Shown: piece by piece, positions 50,461 to 64,000 of the stretch
How positions within the stretch are numbered: the stretch's first letter is position 1
Layout: each line of letters starts with the position of its first letter
Source: Octopus vulgaris
Lineage: Eukaryota
NCBI GenBank assembly: GCA_951406725.2
Contig: OX597823.1
Span: forward strand, 47,554,001 to 47,618,000
Direction: 5' to 3'
Length of the DNA: 64,000 nt
Made by a program: the position numbers and the translations under genes
The notes under the pieces: generated by a model
Databases searched by the model: none
Told to the model about the DNA's origin: nothing
What the model saw: only the letters and a program-made list of their open reading frames with translations

Positions 50461-52039
50461 AAACTAATACTGATAATTCTACTACCAAACAATACTACTT
50501 CATGATAAATGAACCACTGAGGAAGCTTCTACATAGTTGGTCAAGCATCATTGTCGTTTAATTCTTTTCCATGTCACCATGGCTTGAACAGGTCTGAATC
50601 AATTCTTCTTTGGAGAATACACAGATCAAAAGTCATATCCTGTCTATTATGTCTTATTTTAAGCATGCTTGCTACTGTTGGATGTTCTTCTTATGTTAGT
50701 CACTTTACAGGGGGTATCTTTTAATGACACCTCACAAGAGAGACTTGCATCTTCGGCAGGACTAAAATGTTCCCTTCCCTGTGTAGTCTCTGTTCATTGT
50801 TCAATAATTTTACAAATAATGTCCTAATCCTGCTTGGCGACACCTCCACCATTTTATATTTTTAATGATATATATAAATATATATATGTGTTTGTGTGTA
50901 TGTATGTATATATGTGTGCATATATATATATATATGCATGTGTATATATATATATATATGCATGTATATATATGCATGTATATATATATATGCATGTATG
51001 TATATTCATATATATGTATATCTATAATATACATACATTAACATAAGCATATGTATGAGTGTGTCTATTTATTCTCTACGGCGAGAGACGAATGAGAATG
51101 ATTGCGTTGATTTGCAAAGAAGAATCAGATTCTGTTTCTGAGTTTTCTCTGTCCCCCACCAAAAGATTAAAAGAAAAAAGGGAGAGTGCTTAAGATAAAT
51201 TGGTCTTAAATAGTCCCTAAAAAAGAAAAGCATGGATGGTGATGGCTGGCATGCAATTACTTCTAATCAATAACTATTTGTGATCTAATGATATTTTCAA
51301 AGGAAAAAAAAATATCTATGTTCTACAACGTACTTAAATCAAAAGATCTCTCATATTTAATAAACATCTGAATTGATATAAGTATGTGCAGTATGTACAT
51401 ATATATATCACAGACATGGCTGTGTGGTTAGGAGTTTACGCGTCAACTGTATTGTTCCAGGTTCAATCCCTCTGCACACAACTTTAAGTAAGTGTCTACA
51501 AGATTTTGGATTGACCAATAGGTTGGGAATGGAATTTGGTCAGCAAAAATTATGCTGAAGCCCATCATTTGTTTAAAAATATATGTTTAATGTCTGTGAT
51601 TTAGGTTACTTATAGAAATCAGTAAAATAGTTCTGGACTGCTAAGTATTACGGTCTATCTGATCTGCAAAAGCTAAATGATGACAGTGTCATAATGAATG
51701 AATTAAGTAATATATAAAAATAAATATCTACACACACTCACTCATATATATATATATATAGATAGAGAGAGGGGAGAGATAGAGTGTGTGTTTGTGTGAA
51801 TCATCATCATTTAACATCTGTTGTCCATGCTGCCATATGTATGTATATATATATATATATATGTATCATATTATTCATATATATATATAATACTTGTGTG
51901 TATATATATAAATTATGTGTGTGTGTATATATATCATCATGGATTCTCCCATCATTAGACAATGTATGAGAGTTCGGCAATTTCTTGCTGAAAAACAACA
52001 CAAATTATTTGTTTATTGTGATCAAATGTTTGTGTACAC

Positions 52040-52228
52040 ATAAGCTCACTCCCTTCATCAAATCGACATTACCTGTACAGGTGCTTCATGTGTCACATCA
52101 TACAAGGAAATGATTGCAGAGCAACATGAAATGAAGTATTTTGCTCAAGAACACAACATAATGCCCAATCTAGGAATCGAACCCACAACCTCACAACTGT
52201 GAGTGCAACACCCTAACCACTAAACCAT
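52040..52228 (-). mobile_element. tRNA/CORE-type SINE (family E)
   Basis: gcagagcaacatgaaatgaagtattttgctcaagaacac...ggaatcgaacccac...ccctaaccact (B-box GTTCGATTCC on the minus strand). Confidence 0.8.
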
Positions 52229-52475
52229 ATATATTTATTTATTTATTTAACCACTTGTCATCCTTAGAATTACTGCCACTAGACAAGTTTTGTGATAGTT
52301 ACACAGTTCTATGATTCCATAAATTACTCTCTATATATATATATGTATGCACATACACAGTCTTTGATAAAGATTTTAAAGATAGGGAACCTGTGTAATA
52401 GACTGAAATATTTACTTGTAAATATTTTATTGACTTTAGGTTAAGCACAATTGAAAGTTGGTAGTAACCATCTAG

Positions 52476-52545
52476 ATTGAGCGCACCTGTTTCAAGTATT
52501 CTAACCAACTATCTGTATTCTATCACCTGCCCTTCAGTGTTCAAT
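52476..52545 (-). ncRNA. Strongly decayed hammerhead-like motif
   Basis: Minus strand reads attgaaca-CTGAAGG-...-GAAA-cagg-tg-cgctcaat; stem I partly paired, several core changes. Confidence 0.35.
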
Positions 52546-52762
52546 ATAATTAACTATTACATAAATGTTTAAGGACTAATGCTATCAATCACTCACTAAT
52601 TATCAAATTAATTGTTAAACACATTAAATATACTTCTAGAGAAATGCAATATTACATTAATCAGTTTTCCACACATTTTATGGCAGCCTTCCAGATCATT
52701 GCAAAGTCAGTGATTTTAAAGGAAATATGAAGCACACAGCATATGATGTATAAATTAAATTG

Positions 52763-52807
<45 letters not shown>

Positions 52808-52925
52808 GACTTATATGTATATACATATACAAATGTATATATAAATGAATATAATATAAATGAGATATATATACATACATATATATATATATATATATAC
52901 ATTCATACATCACATACGTATATTC

Positions 52926-52957
<32 letters not shown>

Positions 52958-53209
52958 TCATATACACACATAGATATATATGCATATACTATCTATATCA
53001 TATATATTCTATTTATACTTGTGTAAATTAATTATATGTGTCTATGAATATTCATTAATATATATTGTGTGTATGTATGTATATTTATATATATATATAT
53101 ATATATATACATACACACACACATTAATCCAATAGCTAAAACAAGTAAAAGGTGAAATATATTTATATATATATACATACATGCATACATATATGTGTGT
53201 GTGTGTCTT

Positions 53210-53550
53210 TTAGCTCTATACTTGTTTTAGTCATTGGACTACAGCCATATTTTGGCAGTACCTTGGTACTTATTCTATTCTTCTCTTTTACCAAAATCGC
53301 TAAGTTATGCGTATGTAGCTAACCTAACATTTGTTGCCAAGTGGTAGTAGGAAGACGAAGCTTGAATGAATGATATACACACATAGATACGTATTCAGTG
53401 GGTTTTTACACAGTTTTTAGCTAATTAGATTTACTCACGAAGTACCAGTCAGTCTGGGGCTATAGGAAAAGACACTTTCCCAATGTACTCTGCAGTAGGA
53501 CTGAACCTGAAACCATATATCTATAAAGTGAGCTTCCTAGCAACACATGG
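53210..53550 (-). mobile_element. Old near-full-length SINE family A
   Basis: Tail (cttgttttagtcattggactacagccat) through head (gacactttcccaa...ggactgaacctgaaacca) in reverse orientation. Confidence 0.7.
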
Positions 53551-53917
53551 CTATAAGTACAGGCATTGCTTCAATTAGGTTCTTAATCATAAGGCATTGA
53601 TTTCAATTCCCAGTGAAAGGAATTGGACAAGGTACTTTACTTTATGTTGGTGCAGTCAATGAGCAAGTAAAAAATGAGTTTTAAGACTCATAGAGCACTT
53701 TGTTGGTGCCAAGATAGCATGGCACCAATGTTTTCATGGTAAGGCATTGGTTCATAGATTTCAGACTAGATGTCAACCAATCAATCCCAGAAATCATCTC
53801 ATAGTTATAGACACTGTCCCTCTTACCCTAACCACACACACACACTCTCTCTCTCTTTCTCCCCCCCCTCTCTATATATATGTATGTCTATATACATAAA
53901 TGTATGTATATATAATA

Positions 53918-54218
53918 ACGAAACTAGACAGATGAGTGACAGCCTGGCCACTAGTGGTGGTGTAACACACCATACTAATCATATCTGTCAGGCATGTGGA
54001 AGAGAGTGTAATTCGGCAGGAGGACTTAAACGACATGCAAAGGTACATGAAGCCCAGTTACAACTACAGCCAGCTATTACCAGTAAAGGTCTTAGTTGCC
54101 AATTTTGTACAAGACTTTGTAGATCTTTAGCTGGGCTAAAAAGTCACATTCGATCACAGCACCAGTAACAGTGAAGCTTCGTGCAATAGCCATACTCGAT
54201 AACGAGGGGGCAACCATA
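53918..54218 (+). mobile_element. 5'-truncated RTE-type LINE: C-terminal two C2H2 fingers, stop codon and 3' stem-loop
   Basis: CQACGRECNSAGGLKRHAKVH and CQFCTRLCRSLAGLKSHIRSQH match the RTE C-terminal C..C.R.C.S..GL.SH.R.H finger; 3' hairpin ctcg-ataa-cgag; candidate TSD atatataata at 53908-53917 and 54219-54228. Confidence 0.8.
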
Positions 54219-54324
54219 ATATATAATATAGATAGATTTATACATTGTGCAGAGTATCTTGTAATTTGTTTAATATTTGTTTCTTCCTTACTAGCATTTG
54301 TTGGATAAGAATATATCTCAGGCA

Positions 54325-54650
54325 GAATTTTATGACTGGATGCTCTTCCTGTTGCCCCAGTATCTACCTATCTTTCATGAGAGGGATTTCTTAATCCTCA
54401 GGCCTCTGAAAGCAGAGTGACTGGTCAGTTGTAATGTCAGCAAAATATGCAAACACAACACTCTTTCACTCAAGTGAAACCATAGAATATCAGCATTCAT
54501 AGACACAATGAGTTTCTTACAGTTCATGTCCCTGAAATTCACTCACAAGTCTTTGGTCAGCCCAAGGTTATTGTAGAAGACACTTGCTAAAGAACCCTCA
54601 CACTGGAGCCTGAACCAGAGACCACTTAACTGTTAAACTTCTAAGCTACA
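54325..54650 (-). mobile_element. Degenerate composite SINE (family A head + family C body)
   Basis: gactggatgctcttcctgttgcc at the left end; attcactcacaag...gtagaagacacttg head at the right end. Confidence 0.55.
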
Positions 54651-54684
54651 TAGTCGTGTCTCTCTCTCTTTCACTCCCACCATA

Positions 54685-54849
54685 TATATGTGTGTGTGTA
54701 TGTATATGAATATGTGTATATATTTGTATATGAGTATGTATATATATATTATATATATACATACTCATATATGTATGTATGTGTGTGTATATATATATAT
54801 ATATGTATGTATGTGTATATATATATGTATGTGTATATATATGTATGTA

Positions 54850-54917
<68 letters not shown>

Positions 54918-54925
54918 TATTTATA
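54685..54925. repeat. (TA)n/(TATG)n array
   Basis: Directly visible. Confidence 0.95.
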
Positions 54926-55184
54926 TGTAAATGAGAATGCTGATGCCTGTTATGAAATTATTCCCCCAATATTTCCAGTCCTTTAAATAGGAAGAGAGCT
55001 AAAAGACTACAATTTCAACTTTTATATTATCTTGGGATTGTGCTGAAGTTGTCGTTAATATATGTTCTAGTATATACATTATATAATGGCATTTTCTCTT
55101 CTAAATTTCAGTGTGTGTATGTATGAGAGTATTTTGATAATCTTTCAAATTACAACCTAATTAACACATCAGAATAAAATTTAA

Positions 55185-55413
55185 TCAACCCTTTTAGCAT
55201 TCGGATTATTCTACCAAATCTAATACTTATTTATTCACATTGTTTCGAATTGACCATGTACTATCTTATAGTTTTAAGATTTCAATGATGTGATTGCTCA
55301 GTTTTAGGATGACATTGTAGGGTAGATGTGAGAAGCTGGATCTGTCCAGTTTGAATGTAAAGCAGACAGAATGTTTTGGCCTAATATGGCTAGTTTAAAT
55401 TCTAAGGGGTTAA
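55185..55413. mobile_element. piggyBac-type (TTAA) MITE, second copy
   Basis: tcaa-cccttttagcatt ... aattctaagggg-ttaa; internal sequence colinear with 50232-50460. Confidence 0.75.
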
Positions 55414-58400
55414 ATGCAGATATCAGGAATTCCCATCATTTAACAACTTTCTTGCCATTTTTAAACATTGATTTGCAATCTTTAATAACATATTTATATT
55501 ACTATATATTTTAATGTAGCTTATTAAGATAGTATTCATGTCCGAATGGATTGTGTAACATAAGCTGGAAGTTTAGCAGTACATCATATTCTGTGATTGT
55601 GTTGTGTTATTACCATACTCCAAATGACCATACTACCAAATGACTTAATCCATCTGTCAGTAAAATGGTAACAACTCACCACATAAGCAGTTGTAGAGTA
55701 GTATAATTCACAAGTGATTTGTTAGCTTGTAGCACTGATTTTGAAATTTTTTTTTGTGAATATCGAGAAATCATTCCTGTACTCAGTCTCAGATCTCAAT
55801 CCTCCAACTCTCTTCATCTGCCTTGATATTGGTCTTGGATTCTTGTTCTGATTACAGGCTACATATAACGGCAGGTGTGCAACAATAGCTCAGATGACAT
55901 AAGCATTTACTATCAAGTTGGCACCTTCTTTAGCTATGAGAAGCTGCTACTACTGGTATATATATATATATATAGTGTGAGTGTGTGTATGCACGTATGT
56001 ATGTATGTAAATATATCAATGAGTGCTATCTGGTCTAAATGGTATGAGGTATTTGTAGTGTCATTATCATCATCATCATCATCATCATCTGCTTTCCCTG
56101 CTGGCATGGGTTGAATGGGTCCTCTCAGTTCTTATTCAGAATTATTGTCCTCCTACATGGGTCAGGGGATTACATTTCGCTTGAACATTCCATTTTTTTT
56201 TTTTTTTTGCATGATTTCTATGGCTGTATGTTTTTTCTGACACCATCCTCTTTAAAGAGTGCACTAAGTGCATTTTATCATGGCACTAGTACTAGAGAGA
56301 AACTGTCATGTCTTTCACGGGACAAGACTTCAATGTTCCTCTTGAGTTCACATTTCCAGTCATTTGTCCCCCACTTTAACAAAGTATTATTGGTACATTT
56401 TATTGTAGCACCAGCACTAGTGAGGTTGGTTGTCTTGTACTGCAAGACAAAAATCTTCTCCCTACTCTGTGTTATCTCCATGTTATTTGTTGATGAAATA
56501 TCATCTTTGAGTTTGCAAAATGGGAAACCCTTGTATTTGTGATATAGGAAAATATGCAAAGTAAACTTTCCCTTGCAATATATTATCATTTGATAATATT
56601 TATCGTTTGATCTTATTTCGAAGAGAAAGCCAAGGATTAAGATTGTGTAAAAATTTAACTGAAGTGAACTGGAGCTTACATGTGCTGTGACATGTTATTT
56701 CGTTTCTGTCATGATTCTGATAGCAGTAGAGGTATTGCTACTATTATTATACATCATCACCATATCATATTATCTATCATCTCTCTAACTGAAGCTTGCC
56801 AATTTTAAATTTCAATTTTGAATTAAAAAAAAAAAAATCAAAATTCCTGATTTGTGATATAGATTTGAAACCTAAAATTCTTGGAACTGGTTATTACTAT
56901 GTCTTGACACCAGAGTAAAGCGACAACTTAACTTTGTTTTCAGCAATATAGCTTCTCTATAATCTTTCAACTAGTTCAATCTAGCAACAACATCTTGGCT
57001 ATCTTTAAACGAAAATTTTTGTTATTTTAAATCGCAATTAATGTATGATTGCCATGGCTGGAATGCTGTTCTTATGATTTACATGCCTGCTCAGCTAACT
57101 GATATGGCTAACGTTTGTTTTATTGAACCTGCTGGTTGTTTTCAAGCATTCAGTTGTGATATAGATGAATCTGTTTAAGCTATGATCAGAACTACTGAAC
57201 AACAACAACAACAACATGAAAGGTCTGAAAATATAATTTACTGACTACTCTTAGGTTTTCATTACTGTTACAAGGTTGGAAATGAAACCACTTCTTTAAT
57301 TATAAGTTTAAACATTTCATCTGTTTGAACTTGAAAAGATAGCTAATGTGACATTAGATAGGAAAGAAATTAGATGAAAAAAAAATAGGAAAAAAAATGT
57401 ACACTATTTCATGGTCTCTGAGAGGTGCAACATCAATTATAATTCAATAATTGAAAAGTTTAAAGTTAAACAAAACGGAAAAAAAAAAAATGCATTTCAG
57501 TGAAATAAGATCCACTTTAACCTAACATATTTTATAAAGACGTGAAGTTTCAAAAGTTAAATTTCTCATTTTGAGTCATTAAAGATCTGATCTGAAGGTA
57601 AAGGTTGTTAAAAGAAAGTCAATAAAGTTGAAAGTATTTAGGTTTCTCACTCAAATAGAAAAAGATACTGATTTTATGTTTTTAATTTTTTAAAATTTAT
57701 CTCTTCATTAAGAGCTTTGATGTTTCTAAAACTACGGCTGTTTACATAAACTTCTATTATAGGTAATAACTAGATGTCCTTTGAAACACTTGTTGATGTT
57801 AGTTATTGCTTAATATAGTAGAATGAAGCTGAGTAATGTTTCATCAACCAGCGCTGTATAAAGTAATATCAATGGTGTGATTTGAAACCATGGTTTATGG
57901 CAGTTTTCTAATGGTTTAAACCACCCAGCCATTACATTCTTGGTTTTAAACTATTACGACTACTTTTATCATAAACAAACAAAAACAAAGTTTGTGATTT
58001 AATCCTTTAAGTACATCAGACCATTGTTTACATGAAAAAATCTTCCTAAACAATTTTCTTGCCTTGCCTTTGGGGTAAAACAGCTTGTTTCAAAGTAGAT
58101 TTTAGTTCAAATTTAAATCTGCTTGCAGTATAGCAATTTGCATGCTTAACACACTAAAGCTGTATCCCTAAATGAAATTTTTTCAGGAAATAATGATGTA
58201 ACCCTTTAGCAGGTTTCCAGTTGAACAACATAAAAATAAAGATATATATATATATATATATATTAAACATATCCAGAGGAAAGTTTTCTATTTATTTCCA
58301 TCATTCTCAATCTTAATTTTAATAAAGCAAGCTTGGATGAAGAATTATGATATGTTGCAAAATATGTACAACTCTCAAAAATTGTTATATCAGTTATGGA

Positions 58401-59020
58401 TTACTCTATGATTTCCAAAAGGTAATTTCATTCCTTGATACTGCATATATCTATAGGAATATATAAATGTTTGTTTATTTATTTATTAATATTTCTTTGT
58501 CCTACTGAGTAGAGAATATTCTTACATTTTCTTCATCTCTCTATAAAAGATTTGAATCCTTGCATGGGAAATCAGTCTTACAATGCTGAATGTAGTAAAA
58601 GTATCTGTTTTTACCAAGCATAGTAAAGTACCTTGCCTAAGGATACATTTTACTACTGGCTCTTTTAATGTCAAGATGTCTTTTGGCTTATAATCACCAC
58701 TATTTATTTAACCACAGGACAGTGTTAGAATTTCTTCATGTTTCCTTATGTGATATAATATATTTTTAACATGTTTTAATGTAAATATGTGTGTGTTTTG
58801 GATATGTTAATTCCTAGTCTGGCATTTAAAGTTTTTAACTTTAAAATTTTATGTTACCTTCACTTCTTTTTACCATTTCTGTGTTTATTTATCTTTTGTG
58901 TTTGTTTTACCAATTCCTTCTGGGGCACGGTGTCTTTATTAATTCAGCTTTATTTCTCTGTTTCAAAATTGTCTTTTAGCTACACATTTGTTTGATTTAA
59001 AAGTGGTCTCTCCCCCTCTA

Positions 59021-59021
59021 T

Positions 59022-59105
<84 letters not shown>
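59021..59105. repeat. (CT)n(AT)n compound microsatellite
   Basis: Directly visible. Confidence 0.95.
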
Positions 59106-59109
<4 letters not shown>

Positions 59110-61214
59110 AACAAACTAAGGAAAATAATTCCTTCAAAGGGGTGTGTAAGACATCCCATTCACTGGTACATCAGTTGAATACTATATATGTATGTATATG
59201 TGTGTTTGTGCTTTTAGACTATATTTGTCTATAGACATATGTCTATTTAAACTAACACATGCATATTCTTCCAATATTCTCTCTATTTTAAAACTGGTAT
59301 ATGTGTATTTAAAATTTTTTTCCCTCTCTATGTCTTAAAACGTTACCGTATAAATTCTAAGATCAACACCTCTCTATATTCTATTTACAATAGATTCAGA
59401 TTTCAATGTCATTTTATGTTTCTCAATTTATTTATTGAACTCCATTCCAGGTAGCTTTATTTTTATTTAAACTGTTTTTACTTCATATCTCTATTACATA
59501 TTGATTACTCAGAATATTTCTGCTGAAGAGTTCCTCTTGCAGACACTGCATATCTTTAACTCTGCCCAGATGTTTAATTGATCTCACCTTACACAAATGT
59601 TTATTCCTTAGCTTTTTATATACTGCATGAATTGTGCAGTTCTGCAAATTCAGTTAATTTACATGAGATTAATGTGCAATAAAATACCCACTCACACATT
59701 ATAAAGTACTATACTATATTGGGAAGTTAGTCGTGTGGCTTTTCTAAGAACAAAACTCCATTCAGTAAGGCTTGGGATAGAATTCACTATTGAAATAAGT
59801 ATCACCAAATCATTTGATCTTTTCCTTACTGAATCATATTATCCTTAATAGAAAACCGTTCTTCTATCGTTAGTTTATTTACATATCCTTTGGTCGTGTT
59901 CTACTCTGAAACAAACCTGTTATGAAAAGTACTGCTGACAGTGAGTTTCCTGGGAATATACATTTACTAATGCTTACTTTATTCATGTTAAAGCTCAGTA
60001 TTGTTGTTAATAAGAGACTTTCTTGATGCATCTAATGATATTCTGACAGATATTAACAAAATTCCCATTTCCTGAGAATACTGCCATTCCATTGAATCAT
60101 AAGCTTTTCTATAGCCAATGTAAATCATTTTCACATTTTATCTGCTTGGTTCTATCTGTTAGAAGCAGATGTTTGGACCTTTCTATGTAATTTTGGTCCT
60201 ATTATTTCTGTAATTCTTGTTGTTGCAGACAATCTTTTCATTCAGTATTAATAAGTTAGTTTCCATTACCAATTTGTAATGTGTAAGCCATGGAACTTGA
60301 CCAAATCAGCTCTGTTTCTGTTTGTATAACAACTAGTGTAGGATCTTCAAATCCATCTATTTTTTCCTGGCTGCAAGGACTACTTACAGCAGCTCATTTA
60401 ATGTACAACAACCTCTAGGCTTTGTTATTTATAATTACATGGCAAGATTTAATTTGTTTGCTTGTCATTCACTAATAATGGATAATTGTCAGAAACATAT
60501 CCATTTCTATAAAATCAGTTGGTTATATTATTCGTTCGATGAAGGAATAAAATTCTTTAAACTACAGATTAAAGTCACTGTTATATCAATTTTAATAGAG
60601 TATTTTTTTAAAATTAGGATACTTTCCAGTTTGTTCTGGTTCTTTGTGGTCCAAGTTAAAATTCCAGCTCCTCATGGTGTTCACTTCTCTGAGAGTCCAG
60701 CTGGGATGATGGCTCATGTTAGTCAGCCACATGCCACATGGTCATGGTGGATGAAGAAGTATTTTGGGATATTGGTCAGAGAGTTATCTGGAACAACCCA
60801 ATTAAATACCAACAAATGGTGGATTCAGCAATACATTACAGTGATACATGGTCCCATACCTGGCCTAACCTGATGGTAGGAATCAGGATCTGCATGATCT
60901 GGGTAACAATGATTGGACTCCAGAGTCAGGCAGTAACATGTTGATTCAAGCAACACTTTTGGTGCATCAATCGGATCTGCACACCTTGTATTGAAACAGG
61001 ATATATTTTAGAACAAAAAAGTCTATTACATATCACCATGATAATTTGACATTTGAACTGAGTCAGTGCCACACTAGGACAGGCAATTTCCAGTTTTAAT
61101 TATAATATTTTAGTATTCTAAGTTCATATTCCCCTTGGATCAACTCTACCATTACTGCTTGTATTCTTGACATTGAGCTGCCCATTAAAAGCACCGTTAT
61201 CTAAGAGTTAAATA

Positions 61215-61420
61215 GGGCAGTGGTTTGGTAGAATCGTTAGAGCAATGGGGAAAATGCCTTGTATTATCATCAAATCATACTAAGAAGAAGTTCTCATTTC
61301 ATTCTTTCAGCGTCGATAAAATAGAGTACCATTGAAGTACTAGATTTGATATATCCAGCTGAAGTACAGGATTTGATATACTCAATTTCTGGACATGTAC
61401 CAATAGTAGAAACAATTATT
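61215..61420 (+). mobile_element. Old Meta-domain SINE
   Basis: ggcagtggtttggtagaatcgttagagc...tttcattctttcagcgtcgataaaatagagtacc. Confidence 0.6.
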
Positions 61421-62847
61421 TGAGAATGAAAGGTATTGAGGTTCAAACTTCATTATAGAGGCACATATTGTGGGGCAAATATTGACATTAAACTTTAAGT
61501 AAACTTTAAGTGAATCATTTAACATCTTCAAAGCTTTGCACTAAATTCAAATAAAAGTTTTTATCAATTTAGAAATTCCTTTTAAATTTATGTTTGTAGT
61601 ATATCTTGCCAAGCATTTATTTAGTGGTAGCAGCAGATTGTCCACTGTGGTACTTTGAGGATAATGAAATGGTAGATTAACTAAAACACATTTTGTTTCC
61701 TCTATGTTCAAGCCCCACCATTACTTTTATCATCCCAAAGTCAATAAAATAAACATGAAGTACCCACTGGAAATAAATCATTCAACTTCTCTATCTCTCT
61801 CTCTTTTCTTGAACAAAATTGTAAATATCACCACTTAACTAATTCAAATTCATGACTTTGACTCATTTGAGTTATTTCCCTTAGCTCATTTTTTACATTC
61901 ATTTACTGGATATATGGATATATTACCAGTATATTCATTTGCATTTGCTCCAAGAATATGAAGTAAATTTGGAGGTAAACTAACTTTTGAATAATGTGTT
62001 TTAACTAAATTTCAGCGGCATTGCATTTCCTTTACACATCAGTCTGGCCTCGAGACAGCACAACAATCTTCATTTTAATGGCATTCCACTAAATCTCTTC
62101 CTTTCCATATTCTGGTCCCAGTTAGTAATTCTAATATGAAATTTATTCATTATACTGCATTATTACATCATACAGGGAATTATCTTTCAAAGGTAAATAC
62201 TATTGATAGAAACTCGACAAGAGAATGTACTCTTTGACTTATTGCCGATATTTCACACTACCTCTAATGCTACCTGACACAAGGAATAAAATTCAGCAAG
62301 CATGATTGTGCAGTGAAATATATAAAATTACATATTCTACTAGCTTCCATCATTCTGCATTTGCTATCCCTGGAACAAATTTTGCCACTTTAGCATCCTT
62401 TATATCAACATTATTCAGCGCTTCTTGTGATTTCTAGTGCAAATTTGCATAGCACTGCTCTATTGGTTTAGCTTTTATGACAGTACCGTTCTCTTACATT
62501 TCACTGTTAACATGCATGGATACACTTTGGCATCGGCGTAGTTCTAGGAAAGTAGTAATGGTTATTTGAATACTGCGTTCACGAGAAACTGTTACACATT
62601 GTTACACTAAATGAACTTTGGGAATATATTCTGGAATATGTTTATTTAAATTATTTTTCAATGTGCTAAGCATTTCATATTACTTGCATTGTGACTGAAT
62701 GACAGAGAGAGATTTGAATGTTTTTGTTTCAGAGCTATAGTGTTAGTTGTATACGTATATTTGTGTATGTGCATGTGCACACACACATACATATATATAC
62801 ATCATACATACATACACAAATATAAACACACAACTAAGCCTCTGTGC

Positions 62848-62903
<56 letters not shown>

Positions 62904-63166
62904 CACAGCACAGAGGTCTAGTTGTGTGTAACATGATACACTGATATATATATATATATACACATACACTTGCGTGTGTAATATGGTTTACATATATATG
63001 CTATTGAGGTGGCATCTTAGCAGTGTATGAGTCACAAAGTTTAAGTATTTTTATATTGTAGCATGCAAACTATCTTCTGAATGTCTTTGTAAAAGCACAG
63101 CTGCAATCTCTCTCTTGAAAGGCACATCCATATACATACAATTACACATATCTATATGTATATGCG

Positions 63167-63197
<31 letters not shown>

Positions 63198-64000
63198 TCT
63201 ACTAAACTAGTTACTGTCATGGACTCTAATGCTCTAATATAATGAATGCTGTGTAGTATACTGTAGTCAGGAATGCAGTATGTGTAACACAAATATTGCT
63301 GAGTAACATTCTGTACTTAGGAGTACAATATATGTGACACACAATGGTGTAGTGACAACTGGCTGTGCAACAGACTGTATTATTTGATAACTAATGTGTT
63401 GTGAAAGCTGAGAAATATAGAAATATTGTTTTAACTAAAATGTTTCAAGTTTCTGTGACATCTGAATTACTTTTTGTTTTAAAAGTTTTTCTATATTTGA
63501 TTTGTTTTATTGAAAACTCACAATAAACCAAAAATATAGTTTATTGAAAAATGACAACGATGTGTATTGACTTTTGGAAGCCATTGCTATAGTGTTCCAA
63601 AATAGCAGTTCTATAATAATTTTTCATTTGTTTTTATTACCAGTTGGTCTTTCTGTATTTTAGGCAAACGAAGCCTGAAGAATTCAAGGTGTAAAATGAC
63701 TTCTCTCTTTACTCTCATGAAACATGCTGATCTTGTTTAGAAGCTTAACATTTATCATCATTACTATTTTGTTTTAAATTCTATTTCTGTAGAGTTTTGT
63801 AAATGGTTTACAATTGTGATATGAATCAAATTGTTACATGGCTTTATTCCTGATTCCTCTTTACAAATGAGGGGTATTAAGTTTCATACGAGTCTTGTAT
63901 AATTAGTGTCACTCATTTGACTGTTCTTTAATGTTCAGAGATATTTATGGTTATTTAGTGTATCGTTGAATTAGTCTCAGTAAACTATAAAATCAACTTT

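Noticed and set aside
55788-55812. Resemblance to miR-1175-3p
   Set aside because: Seed mismatched and no complementary arm nearby.
60439-60960. 144-aa ORF with a faint resemblance to an RTE C-terminal region
   Set aside because: No domain recognisable with confidence; at best a very old LINE relic.
63664-63730. Possible 25-27-nt microexon, and CTGAAGA...GAAACATG hammerhead-like spacing
   Set aside because: Weak donor and no partner exons; no stem I or stem II complementarity for a ribozyme.

Overview
AT-rich eukaryotic genomic DNA saturated with (TA)n/(TG)n/(GATA)n/(ATT)n microsatellites and short retroposons. The repeat make-up resembles octopod cephalopod (Octopus-like) genomes; this is an inference. 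There is one credible protein-coding gene, a single-coding-exon C2H2 zinc-finger transcription factor (10632-12089, +). It has five N-terminal fingers, a low-complexity middle with CtBP-like and SUMO motifs, and a C-terminal finger pair resembling the Ikaros/Hunchback dimerisation domain. The other ORFs in the track are microsatellite artefacts or retroelement relics: an RTE reverse transcriptase fragment, an RTE 3' end with two C2H2 fingers, and a Hero-like restriction-like endonuclease tail. Several SINE families are present (tRNA/CORE-like and Meta-domain-like), along with mariner/Tc1-type and piggyBac-type MITEs. The most unexpected signal is a set of decayed minimal type I hammerhead-ribozyme motifs (20974-25412, with weaker ones near 26.2 kb and 52.5 kb). 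Each has a palindromic stem III, sits in a short element embedded in TA microsatellite, and resembles Penelope-like/retrozyme elements. Also noted: a ~60-bp degenerate minisatellite with a conserved core, two RFX X-boxes, a candidate orphan minus-strand exon, and long TE-poor blocks. All calls were made by eye and repeat boundaries are approximate.
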